DNA of 64,000 nucleotides from Alphaproteobacteria bacterium (GCA_965261975.1 CBDHEC010000046.1:1-64000), one strand, 5' to 3'; shown: positions 39,661 to 50,950, counted from the stretch's first letter. Numbers and translations are program-made. Notes: a model not told the origin generated them from the sequence alone.

Positions 39661-39902
39661 AACGGCCCCCTTTGCGTTGCCAGACAGGTAGCGCTCCGGC
39701 GCGGTATTGCAAGAGGCAGGCCCCCGAATCCGGGGGCTCACGTTCGATCACATTCCAGCGAGCGACAGCATGATTCCCGCCGCGCGCTCGTATCACGAGA
39801 CAAGTGCCGCGCCCGTATTGCCGAGGGCACAAGGTTGGCGCATATTCCGCCCAACCGCGTAACCGCCAACGTCAATAAACGCCCCGACCGACCGACCCCG
39901 TA

Positions 39903-41021
39903 ATGCAGCAGCTTCCCAACACGCTCCAGCCCGTCGAACGCGCGATCTCCGATCTGCGCCGCGGGGCGACCATCGTCCTGATGGGGCAGGACCGGGCGCT
40001 GCTGGTCCACCCCGCCGAGGGCGCGACCGCGTCTCAGCTCGCGCGAATCTCGGGGCTGACCAACGCCACCCCGGCCCTGCTGCTTACCGGGCGCCGCGCG
40101 GCCGTGCTCGAGTTGACCGAGAATCCCGGCGGCGCGGTCCGCCTGGCGCTGGCCGACGGGATCACGGCGGAGACCGTGCGGATGATGGCCGATCCGGCCG
40201 GCCCGCAGTCGGAGAAGAAACTGCCGGCCATCTCGATTTCCCAGATGGACCCCGGCCGCGACGCGATCGAGACCGGCGCGATCGAGCTGCTCAAGCTTGC
40301 CGGGCTGCTGCCCGCCGCCGTGGTCGCCGCCGTGCCGGCCGAACGGCTTGAATATCTCTCCGCCTGGGCCGAGACCCAGTCGCTGCTGACCGTCGAGCTC
40401 GAGCATGTGCTCAACTACCAGGAAATCGAGGCGCGCACCCTGGGGCGGGTCGGCGCGGCCCGGGTGCCCCTGGGCACCAACGAGAATGTCGAGATCGTTG
40501 CCTTTCGCCCCAGCGACGGCGGCCGCGAGCATCTGGCCATTATCATCGGCGCCCCCGACACGGCCGAACCCGTGCTGGTCAGGCTCCATTCGGAATGCTT
40601 CACCGGCGACCTGCTGGGCAGCCTGCGCTGCGATTGCGGCGACCAGCTGCGCGGCGCAATCGACGAGATCGGCGCGCAAGGCGGCGGCATGGTCCTGTAT
40701 CTGGCCCAGGAGGGCCGGGGGATCGGGCTCGTCAACAAGCTGCGTGCCTATATGCTCCAGGATCAGGGCCTCGACACCATCGACGCCAACCAGCAGCTCG
40801 GCTTCGAGGCCGACGAGCGGCTCTACCGGCCGGCGGCCGAGATGCTGCATCAGCTCGGGTTCAAGACCGTCCGGCTCATGACCAACAACCCCGACAAGGT
40901 CTCGGCCTTGCGCGAATGGGACATCGATGTCGTCGAACGTGTCGAACACAGCTTCCCGTCGAACCAGCACAATGAATTCTACCTGGCCACCAAGCGGGAC
41001 CGGGCGGGCCATTTGTTCTAG
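39903..41021 (+). CDS. ribA: GTP cyclohydrolase II with degenerate N-terminal DHBP-synthase-like domain
   Basis: RLHSECFTGDLLGSLRCDCG.QL, QEGRGIGL.NK, MTNNPDK. Confidence 0.93.
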   Translation: MQQLPNTLQPVERAISDLRRGATIVLMGQDRALLVHPAEGATASQLARISGLTNATPALLLTGRRAAVLELTENPGGAVRLALADGITAETVRMMADPAGPQSEKKLPAISISQMDPGRDAIETGAIELLKLAGLLPAAVVAAVPAERLEYLSAWAETQSLLTVELEHVLNYQEIEARTLGRVGAARVPLGTNENVEIVAFRPSDGGREHLAIIIGAPDTAEPVLVRLHSECFTGDLLGSLRCDCGDQLRGAIDEIGAQGGGMVLYLAQEGRGIGLVNKLRAYMLQDQGLDTIDANQQLGFEADERLYRPAAEMLHQLGFKTVRLMTNNPDKVSALREWDIDVVERVEHSFPSNQHNEFYLATKRDRAGHLF

Positions 41022-41142
41022 CCGACCGGCAATTAGTGCCGGGGCGACGCAGATGACCGACATCTGCAACGCTGTAACTGCATGAATTAGCTGCATATTT
41101 TTTATCGCCGGCTGGCCCCGGGCTTGCAACGTCGGTTTCGAT

Positions 41143-41964
41143 ATGAATCTGACCGACCCCGTCGAACACAGCGAAGCCATGCTTGGCTATCACGACCCCA
41201 CCTTGCGCGTGGGCATCGACGCGCGCGGCGAGTTTGGCGGTATGGAGAGCGCAGACGGCGAGGGTTTCTTCTCCACCCTGCTCGATATCATCAACCCGCT
41301 GCAGCACATCCCGCTGGTGTCGAGCCTGTATCGCGAGATCACCGGCGACGAAATCAGCCCCGCGGCGCGAATCCTCGGCGGCGGCCTTTTCGGCGGCCCG
41401 ATCGGCCTCGCCACGGCATCCGCGAACGCGGTTTTCGAGCAGGCATCGGGCGACGACATTCTTGGCCACACGCTCGCCGCCTTCTCCGACGAAAGCGGGC
41501 CGGACGCCGCACCCCAGCAGGCCGGCGTCCCGATTGTCCACGAACAGGCCGCCGCCGATCTCGACGCCGGCATCGTCATGAGCGGCCCGCCCGCGCTTGC
41601 CAGCCTGAAGGCGGCACCGCGCGAGGCCGCGAAAGCACCGAGCCCCCTGACGCCGCCGCCGGCCCCACAGAAGACCGCGCTTGTGGATCAGGCGGTAAAT
41701 AGCGACGCCGCGGCCACACCGGCCGACGCCGACGCGGCGGAAACCGAGGCATTCCTGCGAGCGTTGCCGGCGAACTGGGTGAACGAGGCGCTGCGCGACG
41801 CGGCCACCGTAAACCAGGCCGTCCAGAACGGTGACGCCCCGGCACTGGGTGAGGCGAAACCCTGGGTCGGGAACGCCATCCTCGATGCGCTGAGCAAGTA
41901 TGAAGCGATGACCAGGGCCCGAGCCGAACGGCCGGCCAACCAGGTCCCCGGCGCGCCGTCGTAA
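41143..41964 (+). CDS. Hypothetical protein
   Basis: LLDIINPLQHIPLVSSLYREITGD..GGGLFGGPIG core, Pro/Ala-rich linker, ALSKYEAM tail. Confidence 0.75.
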   Translation: MNLTDPVEHSEAMLGYHDPTLRVGIDARGEFGGMESADGEGFFSTLLDIINPLQHIPLVSSLYREITGDEISPAARILGGGLFGGPIGLATASANAVFEQASGDDILGHTLAAFSDESGPDAAPQQAGVPIVHEQAAADLDAGIVMSGPPALASLKAAPREAAKAPSPLTPPPAPQKTALVDQAVNSDAAATPADADAAETEAFLRALPANWVNEALRDAATVNQAVQNGDAPALGEAKPWVGNAILDALSKYEAMTRARAERPANQVPGAPS

Positions 41965-42010
41965 CGTATCTGCGCTCGCAGGGCGCCCGCCGCACGGCTA
42001 GACTCAGCCC

Positions 42011-42523
42011 ATGGATATTCTCGTCACCCCCCGTCACGGGCACCGCGGCACGTTCTCCGTGTTCGATGAAACCCATGATTGCGCGCTCGGCCGCACCGGC
42101 GTGCGGGCCGAAAAGCGCGAGGGGGACGGGGCGACACCCGCCGGGCGGTTCGCCCTTCGCGAGATCCGCTACCGCGCCGACCGGGTCGCCTTGCCTGAAA
42201 CCCGGCTCGCCGCGGCACCCCTGAACAAAGACGACGGCTGGTGCGACGACCCCGCCGACCCGGCCTACAATCGCGCGGTGACATTGCCGTACGACGGCTC
42301 TGCCGAGACCATGTGGCGCAAGGACGGCCTCTACGATTTGCTGGTGATCCTCGGCCACAACGATGCGCCGCCGATCGCCGGGATGGGCAGCGCGATCTTC
42401 CTGCATTGCGCGTCCCCGGAACTGGGCGAAACCGAAGGCTGTGTCGCCTTGCCGCGCGACACCCTGCTGGCACTCGTCCCGCGCCTGCGCGCAGACATGA
42501 TGATCGATATTCGCGTCGCTTAA
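42011..42523 (+). CDS. L,D-transpeptidase (YkuD-like) family protein
   Basis: KREGDGATP.G, GWCDDP, GSAIFLH...TEGCVAL. Confidence 0.9.
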   Translation: MDILVTPRHGHRGTFSVFDETHDCALGRTGVRAEKREGDGATPAGRFALREIRYRADRVALPETRLAAAPLNKDDGWCDDPADPAYNRAVTLPYDGSAETMWRKDGLYDLLVILGHNDAPPIAGMGSAIFLHCASPELGETEGCVALPRDTLLALVPRLRADMMIDIRVA

Positions 42524-43218
42524 GCGGCGGTCACCCGCGGGCCGAATACACCGGTGCCGACGCGCACATGGGTCGCCCCCAGCTCCGTCGCCGCCTCGTA
42601 ATCGGCCGACATGCCCATGCTCAGATTCGCCAACCCGTTGCGCGCCGCGATCTCGCCGAGCAGTGCGAAGTGGGGCGGGGCAGGCTCGTCTGCCGGCGGG
42701 ATGCACATCAGGCCCTCGACCGGCAGCCCCAGCGCGCGACATGCGGCGATGAAACCATCGGCTTCGGCGGGCAGGATTCCGGCCTTCTGCGGCTCCTCGC
42801 CAGTATTGACCTGGACGAAACAACGCAACGTCTTGGCCGCACGGTCGAACTCCCGCGCCAGATGCTCCGCCAGTTTTTGCCGGTCGAGGCTCTGGATCAC
42901 ATCGAACAGTGCGACCGCCTCCTTGACCTTGTTGGTTTGCAACGGCCCGACCAGGTGGAGCTCCAGGCCGTCGATGTTCTCGCGCCGCGCGGCCCAATGG
43001 GCCTGGGCCTCCTGGACACGGTTTTCGCCGAACACGCGCTGGCCTGCCGCGAGCGCGGCATCGATCCGCGCCTCGGGCTGGGTCTTGCTGATGGCCACGA
43101 GCGTGACGTCGCCGGGATCGCGCCCTGCCCGTGCGGCCCCGGCGGCAATACGCTCGCGGACTTGTTCCAGCCGCCCGGCAATATCAGCTCCGCCGGGATT
43201 CTCGTCTTCGTGCGACAC
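42520..43218 (-). CDS. yggS: YggS family PLP homeostasis protein
   Basis: LVAISK, FGENRVQE, GPLQTNK, QVNTGEE.QK.G, GLMCIPP, LSMGMS.D, VRVGT. Confidence 0.95.
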   Translation of the reverse strand: MSHEDENPGGADIAGRLEQVRERIAAGAARAGRDPGDVTLVAISKTQPEARIDAALAAGQRVFGENRVQEAQAHWAARRENIDGLELHLVGPLQTNKVKEAVALFDVIQSLDRQKLAEHLAREFDRAAKTLRCFVQVNTGEEPQKAGILPAEADGFIAACRALGLPVEGLMCIPPADEPAPPHFALLGEIAARNGLANLSMGMSADYEAATELGATHVRVGTGVFGPRVTAA

Positions 43219-43278
43219 AACGCCCTCCGTTCCGTGAACGCGATGTTCGTACGCGCCCTGTCGTATTATAAAGATGCC

Positions 43279-44487
43279 ATGGCAAATCGAATCGATACAT
43301 TCGCGGATCTCATCGCCCCCATGAGCGAGGCGGAATTTTTCGCCGAATACCACGACAAGAAACCGCTGCACATCCGCGCACCGGCACCCGACAAGCTTGA
43401 CGATGTCATGACATGGGAGACGCTGAGCGCGATCCTCAACATGACGGCGATCTGGAGCCCCAGCAATCTGCGGCTCTTCCTCGATACGGAGGCGATTCCG
43501 GTCGAGAAATATTGCCGCCCGGCCATCGACCGCAACCATCAGCAGACGATGCAGCCTGATTCCGAGCGGGTCATTAGCTGGCTGCAGCGCGGCGCCTCGA
43601 TCGTCGCCAATGATATCGACACCCTCACGCCCGGCCTGGCCGCCGCGACCAACGCGCTGGAAGCGCGTCTCGGGGCGAAAGTACAAAGCAACCTCTACTG
43701 CTCCTGGGAAACCCACCAGGCCTTCCCGACCCATTTCGACACCCACGAGGTGTTCGCCCTGCATGTCGCCGGCGAGAAAGTCTGGAACATCTATGAGGGC
43801 CGCCTGGAAAACCCCATCGCCAACGACGCCTATAAGAATGTCGACGATGCCTTCAACGAGAAGAACCGCGGCGCGCTGAAGGAGGCGATCACCCTGCGCC
43901 CGGGGGACGTCCTGTATATCCCGCGCGGCCAGTACCACGACGCGCTCGCCTCGAGTGAAGGCTGCATTCACCTGTCCCTGGGGGTCACCCATGTCATCGG
44001 GATCGACGTGATGACGCTGTTGTTCGAGCATGCGCTCGCCGACCCCGCCATCCGATCGAACATTCCGCTGATCGGATCCGGCGACGCGGCGCGCAAGGCC
44101 TGGGTCGACAATCTGGTCGACCAGGTGGCGAAGATCGGCAAGAGCGAGGCCTTCCAGTCGTCCATCGCCCCAATGCATGACGATTTTCACTATCATCGCG
44201 GCGGCTTCGATCTACCGGGCGACGCCCTCTCGAAGGACGCCGATCCACGGTTCGAGGTTTCGGCCAAAAACCTCAAGATTGTGCGTCAGAAGGGCAAAGC
44301 GCTGCTGGAAAGCCCGAAGGGGCAGGTGCCAATCCCCGACGATATCGTCGACCCGGTCACCTGGATCGTCGATGCAGGCCAGTTCACCGACGGCGAATTC
44401 GCCGACGCCTTTCCGGGCCTCGATACCGCCGCGCGAGCGAAACTGATCAAGGACTTGTCCTCGATGCGCGTCATCGCGCCGGCGTAG
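43279..44487 (+). CDS. JmjC/cupin_4 2OG-Fe(II) oxygenase (ROX-like)
   Basis: THFDTHEVFALHVAGEKVW, L.PGDVLYIPRGQYHDA; C-terminal winged-helix-like region. Confidence 0.85.
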   Translation: MANRIDTFADLIAPMSEAEFFAEYHDKKPLHIRAPAPDKLDDVMTWETLSAILNMTAIWSPSNLRLFLDTEAIPVEKYCRPAIDRNHQQTMQPDSERVISWLQRGASIVANDIDTLTPGLAAATNALEARLGAKVQSNLYCSWETHQAFPTHFDTHEVFALHVAGEKVWNIYEGRLENPIANDAYKNVDDAFNEKNRGALKEAITLRPGDVLYIPRGQYHDALASSEGCIHLSLGVTHVIGIDVMTLLFEHALADPAIRSNIPLIGSGDAARKAWVDNLVDQVAKIGKSEAFQSSIAPMHDDFHYHRGGFDLPGDALSKDADPRFEVSAKNLKIVRQKGKALLESPKGQVPIPDDIVDPVTWIVDAGQFTDGEFADAFPGLDTAARAKLIKDLSSMRVIAPA

Positions 44488-44671
44488 ACACCGCGATCGC
44501 AGTCCGGTGGAGCGCGCCTGAGCGCCACCACCCGGCCCGAGGTCAGGGCCACAGGCCCTTTGCGGGCCCGGCGATGGTGCCCCAAACACCATATGTCGAG
44601 CTTTTCGCCGGGCATTTGCACACGAAATGGACAAACTCGGCGAATCCCAACGATTCAAGGCGCTTAGGCAC

Positions 44672-44719
44672 TGTTGTTTAATTGCAACAATCGGTGGAAA
44701 TCGTTGCGGAATAATCACG
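44672..44719. promoter_or_regulatory. Tandem imperfect palindromes upstream of the porin
   Basis: TGTTG-N8-CAACA at 44672-89 and related CGTTG-N8-ATCACG-like copy at 44702-19. Confidence 0.4.
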
Positions 44720-44874
44720 GAATTCGTTGCAACGCCCGGGCTTCGGGGGTTTTATCCTTCGCAAGGCTTCGTAACAAATGTCTGGCGTCCGCGAAAACGC
44801 CAGTTGTCTCGAAGCTGAACAGGCCCTTCGGGGCCATTCGCGGACGCAAGTCCATGATCTTGGAGGTTGGATTA

Positions 44875-46038
44875 ATGAAGAAAACTCTACTAGCCACGAC
44901 GGCTTTGGTCGGTGCTGCGGTTCTCGCTGCTCCGGCAAACGCCGGTACCGTGGGTTCACGTGACAACATGAATGTCACGCTCGGCGGTATCTTTTGGTTC
45001 TCCGCTTACCTGAAGGATGAGGATGTCTCTGCGGCCAGCGGCCGTGGTTACGGTTTCACGGTCAGTGAGTCCGAAATCCACATCGGTGCCTCGGCGACCG
45101 CCGACAACGGCATCAGGTATGGTGTCAACATCGAGCTGGCGGCTGGTGCTGCTGACACGACGGACGCCGACGAAGCTTATGCGTTCCTGGACAGTGACTC
45201 CTGGGGCCGTATCGAGCTTGGCGATCAGGACGACGCAACGAACCGTATGCAGGTTGGCGCGTGGAACGCTGTCAAGGGTGCTGGCGGACCGTTCGGCGGC
45301 CTCGGCGACCTGAACACCGTCTTCGACGGCGTTGGCCTTTTCGGCGACGGCTTCATCGCTCGTTCTGACTGGCAGGTCTTCACGACCTCGGACGACACGA
45401 AGGCGACCTACTTCTCGCCGCGCTTCTCTGGCTTCCAGATTGGTGCTTCGTGGACCCCGGACACGGGTGAAGTCTCGGGTGGACCGGCGACTTCCGACTC
45501 GGATGCCGACGGCGACTTCGAGAACGTCCTTGGCCTCTCCGTCAACTATGTCGGTAACTTCGACAATGTTGGTGTCGGCCTCTCGGCCGGTTGGGAGCAT
45601 GGTACGGACGAAACCGCTGCTGGTGCCGAGAACGAAGATCTCGACATCTGGGGTGTTGGCGGTCGCGTCAGCGTCGCTGGTTTCACCATCGGTGCTAACT
45701 ATCGTGACCTCGGCGACACGCTGTTGACCGCTGCTCAGACGGCTGCGGGCGCAGACGCCGGCTCCATGTGGGCCCTCGGTGTCGGCTATCAGGCAGGTCC
45801 TTGGGGCGTCAGCGCCTGGTACCTGAATGGTGAGATGGACAACACGAACGCTGCAGCGCGTGAAACCGAGATCACCCGTTATGGTCTTGGTGCCGGTTAT
45901 GCAGTGGCTCCGGGTTGGGCCCTTCGCGCCGAACTCACGTTCCTCGACCATGAGAACCGCCGTACCGCGATCGGTACCGGTGGTACGACGGACAACGACG
46001 GTAAGGGCTTCCTGCTCGTCAACCGTTTCGTCTTCTAA
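44875..46038 (+). CDS. Outer-membrane porin (Porin_4 type)
   Basis: MKKTLLATTAL signal, WGRIELGD, TYFSPRFSGFQIGASW, terminal Phe; highly-expressed codon bias (GGT/GCT). Confidence 0.92.
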   Translation: MKKTLLATTALVGAAVLAAPANAGTVGSRDNMNVTLGGIFWFSAYLKDEDVSAASGRGYGFTVSESEIHIGASATADNGIRYGVNIELAAGAADTTDADEAYAFLDSDSWGRIELGDQDDATNRMQVGAWNAVKGAGGPFGGLGDLNTVFDGVGLFGDGFIARSDWQVFTTSDDTKATYFSPRFSGFQIGASWTPDTGEVSGGPATSDSDADGDFENVLGLSVNYVGNFDNVGVGLSAGWEHGTDETAAGAENEDLDIWGVGGRVSVAGFTIGANYRDLGDTLLTAAQTAAGADAGSMWALGVGYQAGPWGVSAWYLNGEMDNTNAAARETEITRYGLGAGYAVAPGWALRAELTFLDHENRRTAIGTGGTTDNDGKGFLLVNRFVF

Positions 46039-46060
46039 GCTGTCTCTTACAGCTTGACGA

Positions 46061-46098
46061 GAAAGCAGGGCGGCAGATTTCTGTCGCCCTGTTTTTTT
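46061..46098 (+). terminator. Rho-independent terminator after the porin
   Basis: CAGGGCGGCAG-attt-CTGTCGCCCTG followed by T7. Confidence 0.88.
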
Positions 46099-46182
46099 GT
46101 GCCCAAATCTCTGCTAATGATTCGGCACTTGGTTTCATGACGCCGCCGCGCGTTTGAAACAGCTGCATATCGGGTCCAAACC

Positions 46183-46695
46183 ATGAGTGCCAAACATGCA
46201 TTGCGTATCGCCGCCACCGTCCTGCTCGTCGGACTGACCGCGTGCGAGGGTATCGAGACCGAGCGGGCGGATGCCGAAGATTTTCGCGACAAGGATGACG
46301 CCAGCATCGGCAAATTGTTCGGTGATATCGACCTGCTTGGCGGCGGCAGCGATGAGCAAACGAATTCCGGGATCGGCGTCAACGGCTTCCTGTGGCGGGC
46401 TTCGCTCGACACGCTTTCATTCCTGCCCTTGTCATCAGCGGACCCGTTCGGCGGCGTGATCATCACTGACTGGTATGCGCCGCCCGAAAGCCCCGAAGAA
46501 CGCTTCAAGGTGACGGTGTTCATCCTGGGCCGGGAGCTCCGCTCGGACGGTGTCCGCGTATCGGTGTTCCGTCAGAAGCGGGATAGCGGCGCTGGATGGC
46601 TGGACGCGAATACCGGCAAGAACACATCGACCAGCCTCGAGAATGCCATTCTCACGCGCGCGCGCGAGCTGCGAATCTCCCAGTCGGACGGCTAA
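46183..46695 (+). CDS. DUF3576 lipoprotein
   Basis: Lipobox LTAC; VN.FLWRASLDTLSFLPL.SADPFGGVIITDWY. Confidence 0.9.
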   Translation: MSAKHALRIAATVLLVGLTACEGIETERADAEDFRDKDDASIGKLFGDIDLLGGGSDEQTNSGIGVNGFLWRASLDTLSFLPLSSADPFGGVIITDWYAPPESPEERFKVTVFILGRELRSDGVRVSVFRQKRDSGAGWLDANTGKNTSTSLENAILTRARELRISQSDG

Positions 46696-46785
46696 CGGAG
46701 TACATCGCCGTTCGGCCCCTGACCCGATACGAGTTTTTCAAGCCGCCACGTCTGAGCACGTATGGCGCCGAGAAGGTTTCCGGCC

Positions 46786-49353
46786 ATGTCACAACGCTAT
46801 AATTTCCGCGAAGCCGAGCAAAAGTGGCAAGCGGCCTGGACAGAACGCGGCACGTTCGCGGTCGAGGCAGACCCATCGCAGCCTAAATATTATGTCCTCG
46901 AGATGTTTCCGTATCCTTCCGGGCGCATCCATATGGGCCACCTGCGCTGCTACACGCTCGGCGACGTCGTCGCTCGATACAAGCGCGCGCAGGGCTTCAA
47001 TGTTCTGCACCCAATGGGGTGGGACGCGTTCGGGCTGCCCGCCGAAAACGCGGCGATGGAAAAGGGTGTCCACCCGGCGTCCTGGACCTACGAGAACATC
47101 GCCACAATGCGCGACCAGCTCCAGGCGATGGGGCTGTCGATCGACTGGAATCGCGAATTCGCGACCTGCGACCCCTCCTATTACCGGCACGAGCAGGCGA
47201 TGTTCATCGACTTCCTCGCGAAGGACCTGGTCTACCGCCAGGACGGATGGGTGAACTGGGATCCCGTGGACAACACGGTCCTCGCAAACGAACAGGTGAT
47301 CGACGGCAAGGGCTGGCGATCGGGCGCGCCCATCGAACGACGCCGGCTGTCACAATGGTTTGGCCGGATCACCGCATTCAGCGATGAACTTCTGGCATCG
47401 CTGGAAACCCTCGACCGCTGGCCGGCCAAGGTCCGGGCGATGCAGGAAAACTGGATCGGACGCTCCGAGGGCGCCTATATCGATTTTGCGTTCACCGATG
47501 AGCGCGACACGTCATTGCGGGTCTACACGACGCGGCCGGATACGATTTTCGGTGCGAGTTTCTGCGCCGTTGCAGCCGACCACCCGCTGGCCGAGGAAGC
47601 GGCGTTGGCCGACCCGAAGGCCGCGGCCTTTATCGAGGAATGCCGCCAGCTCGGTACCAGCGAAGAGGCCATCCAGACGGCCGAGAAGCGCGGTTACGAC
47701 ACCGGGCTTCGGGTCAAGCACCCGTTCGCCGAGGGCGTCGAACTTCCCGTCTATATCGCGAATTTCGTGCTGATGGGATACGGGACCGGAGCGATATTCG
47801 GCTGCCCGGCGCATGATCAGCGCGACCTGGATTTTGCCCACGCCTATGACTTGCCGGTCTTGCCCGTCGTCGTTCCCGGCGACGCCGACCCCGCGACCTT
47901 TGACGTCGGGACGGAAGCGTTCACCGACGATGGGAAACTCGCAAACTCCGAGTTCCTCGACGGGCTGGACGTGGAGGCGGGCAAGCGCGCCGTGATTGAT
48001 CGGCTGGCAGCAGCCGGTCAGGGCGAAGGCACGACCAATTATCGCCTGCGCGACTGGCTGGTGTCGCGGCAACGATACTGGGGCTGCCCGATCCCGGTCG
48101 TCCATTGTCCCGATTGCGGTATCGTCCCCGTACCCAAGGCAGAGCTGCCGGTCGTATTGCCCGAGGATATCGACTTCAAATCGCCGGGTAACCCGCTCGA
48201 TCGCCACCCCACATGGAAGCATGTCGATTGTCCGGACTGTGGCAAACCGGCCGAACGCGACACCGACACTTTCGACACATTCATGGACTCGTCCTGGTAT
48301 TTTGCGCGCTTCTGCTCGCCCGAGGCGGAAGCCCCCGTCGGGGCAGACGAAGGCGCCTACTGGTTGCCGGTCGATCAGTATATCGGCGGCATCGAGCACG
48401 CCATTCTCCACCTGCTCTATTCTCGCTTCTTCATGCGGGCGATGCGTGACACCGACCATTTGGGGATCGACGAACCCTTTGCCGGCCTGTTCACCCAAGG
48501 CATGGTCAATCACGCCACCTATCGCGATGAAGCGGGCGAGTGGCTCGAGCCGCAAAGTGTCATTGAAAATGAAGACGGAAGTTTCGTGCGGGCCGACAGC
48601 GGCGCCGCGGTGACCGTCGGACGCATTGAAAAGATGTCGAAGTCGAAAAAGAACACGATCGACCCGACGGACGTGATTGCCTCTTACGGTGCCGACACCG
48701 CTCGCTGGTTCATCCTCTCCGACAGCCCGCCCGACAGGGACATGGAGTGGACGGATTCCGGCGTGCAGGGCGCCTTCCGGTTTGTGAACAGGGTATCCCG
48801 CATCATCCTGGACAATGTTGCCGCCCTGCCCGAACCCGGAACCGACCCGGCGAGCGGGGACGGCCCCTCGGATGAATTACGTCGTGCCGTCCACCGGGCC
48901 ATTGCGGATGTAACCGACGACTTCGAGCGCTTTCACTACAACCGTGCGGTCGCGCATCTCTATGAACTGGTCAATTCGGTCTCCGCGGCAACAAAGGCCG
49001 GAAGCGTTTCAGGTGCCGCGCTGCGCGAGGCGCTCGAGACAATCGTCCGGCTGATCGGCCCGATGATGCCCCATCTGGCTGAAGAAATGTGGAAGGCCCT
49101 CGGGCGCGATACGCTTATCTGCGATAAAGCCTGGCCCGTTGCCGACACCTCACTGCTTGTGGCCGACAGCTTAACCGTTGCGATTCAGGTGAAGGGCAAA
49201 TTGCGTGGTACGATCGATATAGCCCCGGATACGGATCAGGCGGCCGTCGAAGCCGCCGCCAGGGCGGTACAAAACGTGGCGGACTCGATTGGCGACAGCG
49301 ATGTGCGAAAGGTCATCTATGTACCGAACAAGCTGGTCAATTTTGTTGTCTAG
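46786..49353 (+). CDS. leuS: Leucine--tRNA ligase
   Basis: [27 protein letters not shown]. Confidence 0.98.
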   Translation: MSQRYNFREAEQKWQAAWTERGTFAVEADPSQPKYYVLEMFPYPSGRIHMGHLRCYTLGDVVARYKRAQGFNVLHPMGWDAFGLPAENAAMEKGVHPASWTYENIATMRDQLQAMGLSIDWNREFATCDPSYYRHEQAMFIDFLAKDLVYRQDGWVNWDPVDNTVLANEQVIDGKGWRSGAPIERRRLSQWFGRITAFSDELLASLETLDRWPAKVRAMQENWIGRSEGAYIDFAFTDERDTSLRVYTTRPDTIFGASFCAVAADHPLAEEAALADPKAAAFIEECRQLGTSEEAIQTAEKRGYDTGLRVKHPFAEGVELPVYIANFVLMGYGTGAIFGCPAHDQRDLDFAHAYDLPVLPVVVPGDADPATFDVGTEAFTDDGKLANSEFLDGLDVEAGKRAVIDRLAAAGQGEGTTNYRLRDWLVSRQRYWGCPIPVVHCPDCGIVPVPKAELPVVLPEDIDFKSPGNPLDRHPTWKHVDCPDCGKPAERDTDTFDTFMDSSWYFARFCSPEAEAPVGADEGAYWLPVDQYIGGIEHAILHLLYSRFFMRAMRDTDHLGIDEPFAGLFTQGMVNHATYRDEAGEWLEPQSVIENEDGSFVRADSGAAVTVGRIEKMSKSKKNTIDPTDVIASYGADTARWFILSDSPPDRDMEWTDSGVQGAFRFVNRVSRIILDNVAALPEPGTDPASGDGPSDELRRAVHRAIADVTDDFERFHYNRAVAHLYELVNSVSAATKAGSVSGAALREALETIVRLIGPMMPHLAEEMWKALGRDTLICDKAWPVADTSLLVADSLTVAIQVKGKLRGTIDIAPDTDQAAVEAAARAVQNVADSIGDSDVRKVIYVPNKLVNFVV

Positions 49354-49870
49354 GCTGCACGCTTTTCTCGTTATCGGTCTGCTCGGCCTGACGGCTTGCG
49401 GATTTGAGCCGCTGTATGGCGATCAGGATCAGGGAACTCCTACCGAAGACCTGCTGAGCCAGGTTTACGTTCCGCCGCTGGCAGACAGGCTCGGGCAGCT
49501 CGTTCGTATCGAGTTGACCAACCGCCTGACCCCCAAGCCCGGGCCCGCGCCGGTGTATTCGGTCAACGTCGAGCTGACCGAATCGAAACAGGGCCTTGCC
49601 GTGCGACGCGACGCCAGTGCGACACGCGCAAACCTGATCATCACGGCAACCTTTTCGCTCTCCGTCATCGGAGAGAAAGAAAAATTGATGTCGGGCGTGA
49701 ACCGTTCATCCAACGGCTACGACATCCTCAAATCGGACTTCGCCACCCTGGCGGCCGAGAACGATGCGCGGCGTCGCGGCGCGCGCGACATTGCCGACGG
49801 AATTGTCAGCCGTATCGCGATATATCTTTCCCGTGCGGCCAACCAGACTGCGGCGCCCGCCCAAAGATGA
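49346..49870 (+). CDS. lptE: LPS assembly lipoprotein LptE
   Basis: Lipobox [11 protein letters not shown]; between leuS and holA; start approximate. Confidence 0.88.
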   Translation: MSRLHAFLVIGLLGLTACGFEPLYGDQDQGTPTEDLLSQVYVPPLADRLGQLVRIELTNRLTPKPGPAPVYSVNVELTESKQGLAVRRDASATRANLIITATFSLSVIGEKEKLMSGVNRSSNGYDILKSDFATLAAENDARRRGARDIADGIVSRIAIYLSRAANQTAAPAQR

Positions 49871-50898
49871 AGATCTCCGCCGGACGCGTTGCTGGTTTTG
49901 TGGCGAACCCCGATCCGGGCGTCAGTGCGATCCTGGTTTACGGGCCCAATGCCGGCCTCGTTCGTGAACACTGCAACAGTTTGGCGCGCTCCATCCTCGA
50001 GGACCCCAGTGATCCGTTCCGGGCGGCCGAGCTCACCGGCGCCGCGATCACAGAGGCACCAACCCGGCTTGCTGACGAGTTGCTCGCCCTGTCGTTTGGC
50101 GGGGATCGTCGGCTCGTGACCGTCCGCGATGCGACGGATGGACTGACCAAAAGCCTCGAGAGCGCGCTGAACGCCGGGGCGGAAGCGGAAATGAATGCCG
50201 TTGCGCTGATCGAGGCGGGGTCGCTGACCGGACGCTCCAGCCTGCGAAAGCTCTGCGAGAAACGAGATGATTGTGCCGCCCTGCCCTGCTATGCCGACGA
50301 CGAGGAAGCGCGCGCCGGGCTTGCCCGCAGGCTGCTGTCCGACGCCGGCGTCGGTATCGAACCGGACGCCCTGCGCACACTCACCGGGTTTCTCGGAGAC
50401 GACCGGCTCTCAAATCGGCGAGAGATCGAGAAACTCATTCTATTCGTTGGCCCGGATCAATCCGCAACAGAAGCCGATGTGCTGGCCGCGGTTGGCGACA
50501 TCGGCTCCACCACGATGGACGACACGGTTTTTGCAGCGGCCGGGGGTGACATCGGACAGCTGGACCGCGCGATCGAAAGGTTCTGGGCCGAGGGTGGCGA
50601 GCCGATCGGCCTGATCCGCGCCACTCAGCGCCATTTCCAGCGGCTGCATCGCGTCGCCGGTCAGATTGAAGCCGGCGTTCGCTATGAGGACGCCGCGCGC
50701 AAACTTCGCCCGCCGGTGTTCTGGAAGCAGTCGGGGCCGTTTCAGCACCAGGCGCGTAACTGGTCACGCGGCCAGCTGGAACTCGCACTCGCACGTCTCG
50801 GCGAAGCCGAGCTTGTGCTCAAGACGACCGGCGTGCCCGCCCATGCGGCGTGCGGCCGTACGCTCTATGCAATCGCCAGCATGCGTCGGTCGCGATAG
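49867..50898 (+). CDS. holA: DNA polymerase III delta subunit
   Basis: LVYGPNAGLV.E, SSLRK..E, CYAD, EIEKL, RPPVFW; synteny. Confidence 0.92.
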   Translation: MKISAGRVAGFVANPDPGVSAILVYGPNAGLVREHCNSLARSILEDPSDPFRAAELTGAAITEAPTRLADELLALSFGGDRRLVTVRDATDGLTKSLESALNAGAEAEMNAVALIEAGSLTGRSSLRKLCEKRDDCAALPCYADDEEARAGLARRLLSDAGVGIEPDALRTLTGFLGDDRLSNRREIEKLILFVGPDQSATEADVLAAVGDIGSTTMDDTVFAAAGGDIGQLDRAIERFWAEGGEPIGLIRATQRHFQRLHRVAGQIEAGVRYEDAARKLRPPVFWKQSGPFQHQARNWSRGQLELALARLGEAELVLKTTGVPAHAACGRTLYAIASMRRSR

Positions 50899-50950
50899 TG
50901 TAACCCACTGTAATAAAACGAATAATAAGGGTTCAGGCTCCCCTGGGGGG

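Noticed and set aside
39738-39750. CenR-type TGA-N8-TGA autoregulatory site upstream of DUF427-cenR
   Set aside because: The spacing seen is N7, so it is not supported.
44952-44967. parS-like GGGTTCACGTGACAAC in the porin gene, and half-sites in parA and mnmE
   Set aside because: Five or more mismatches to the consensus; explained by coding sequence.
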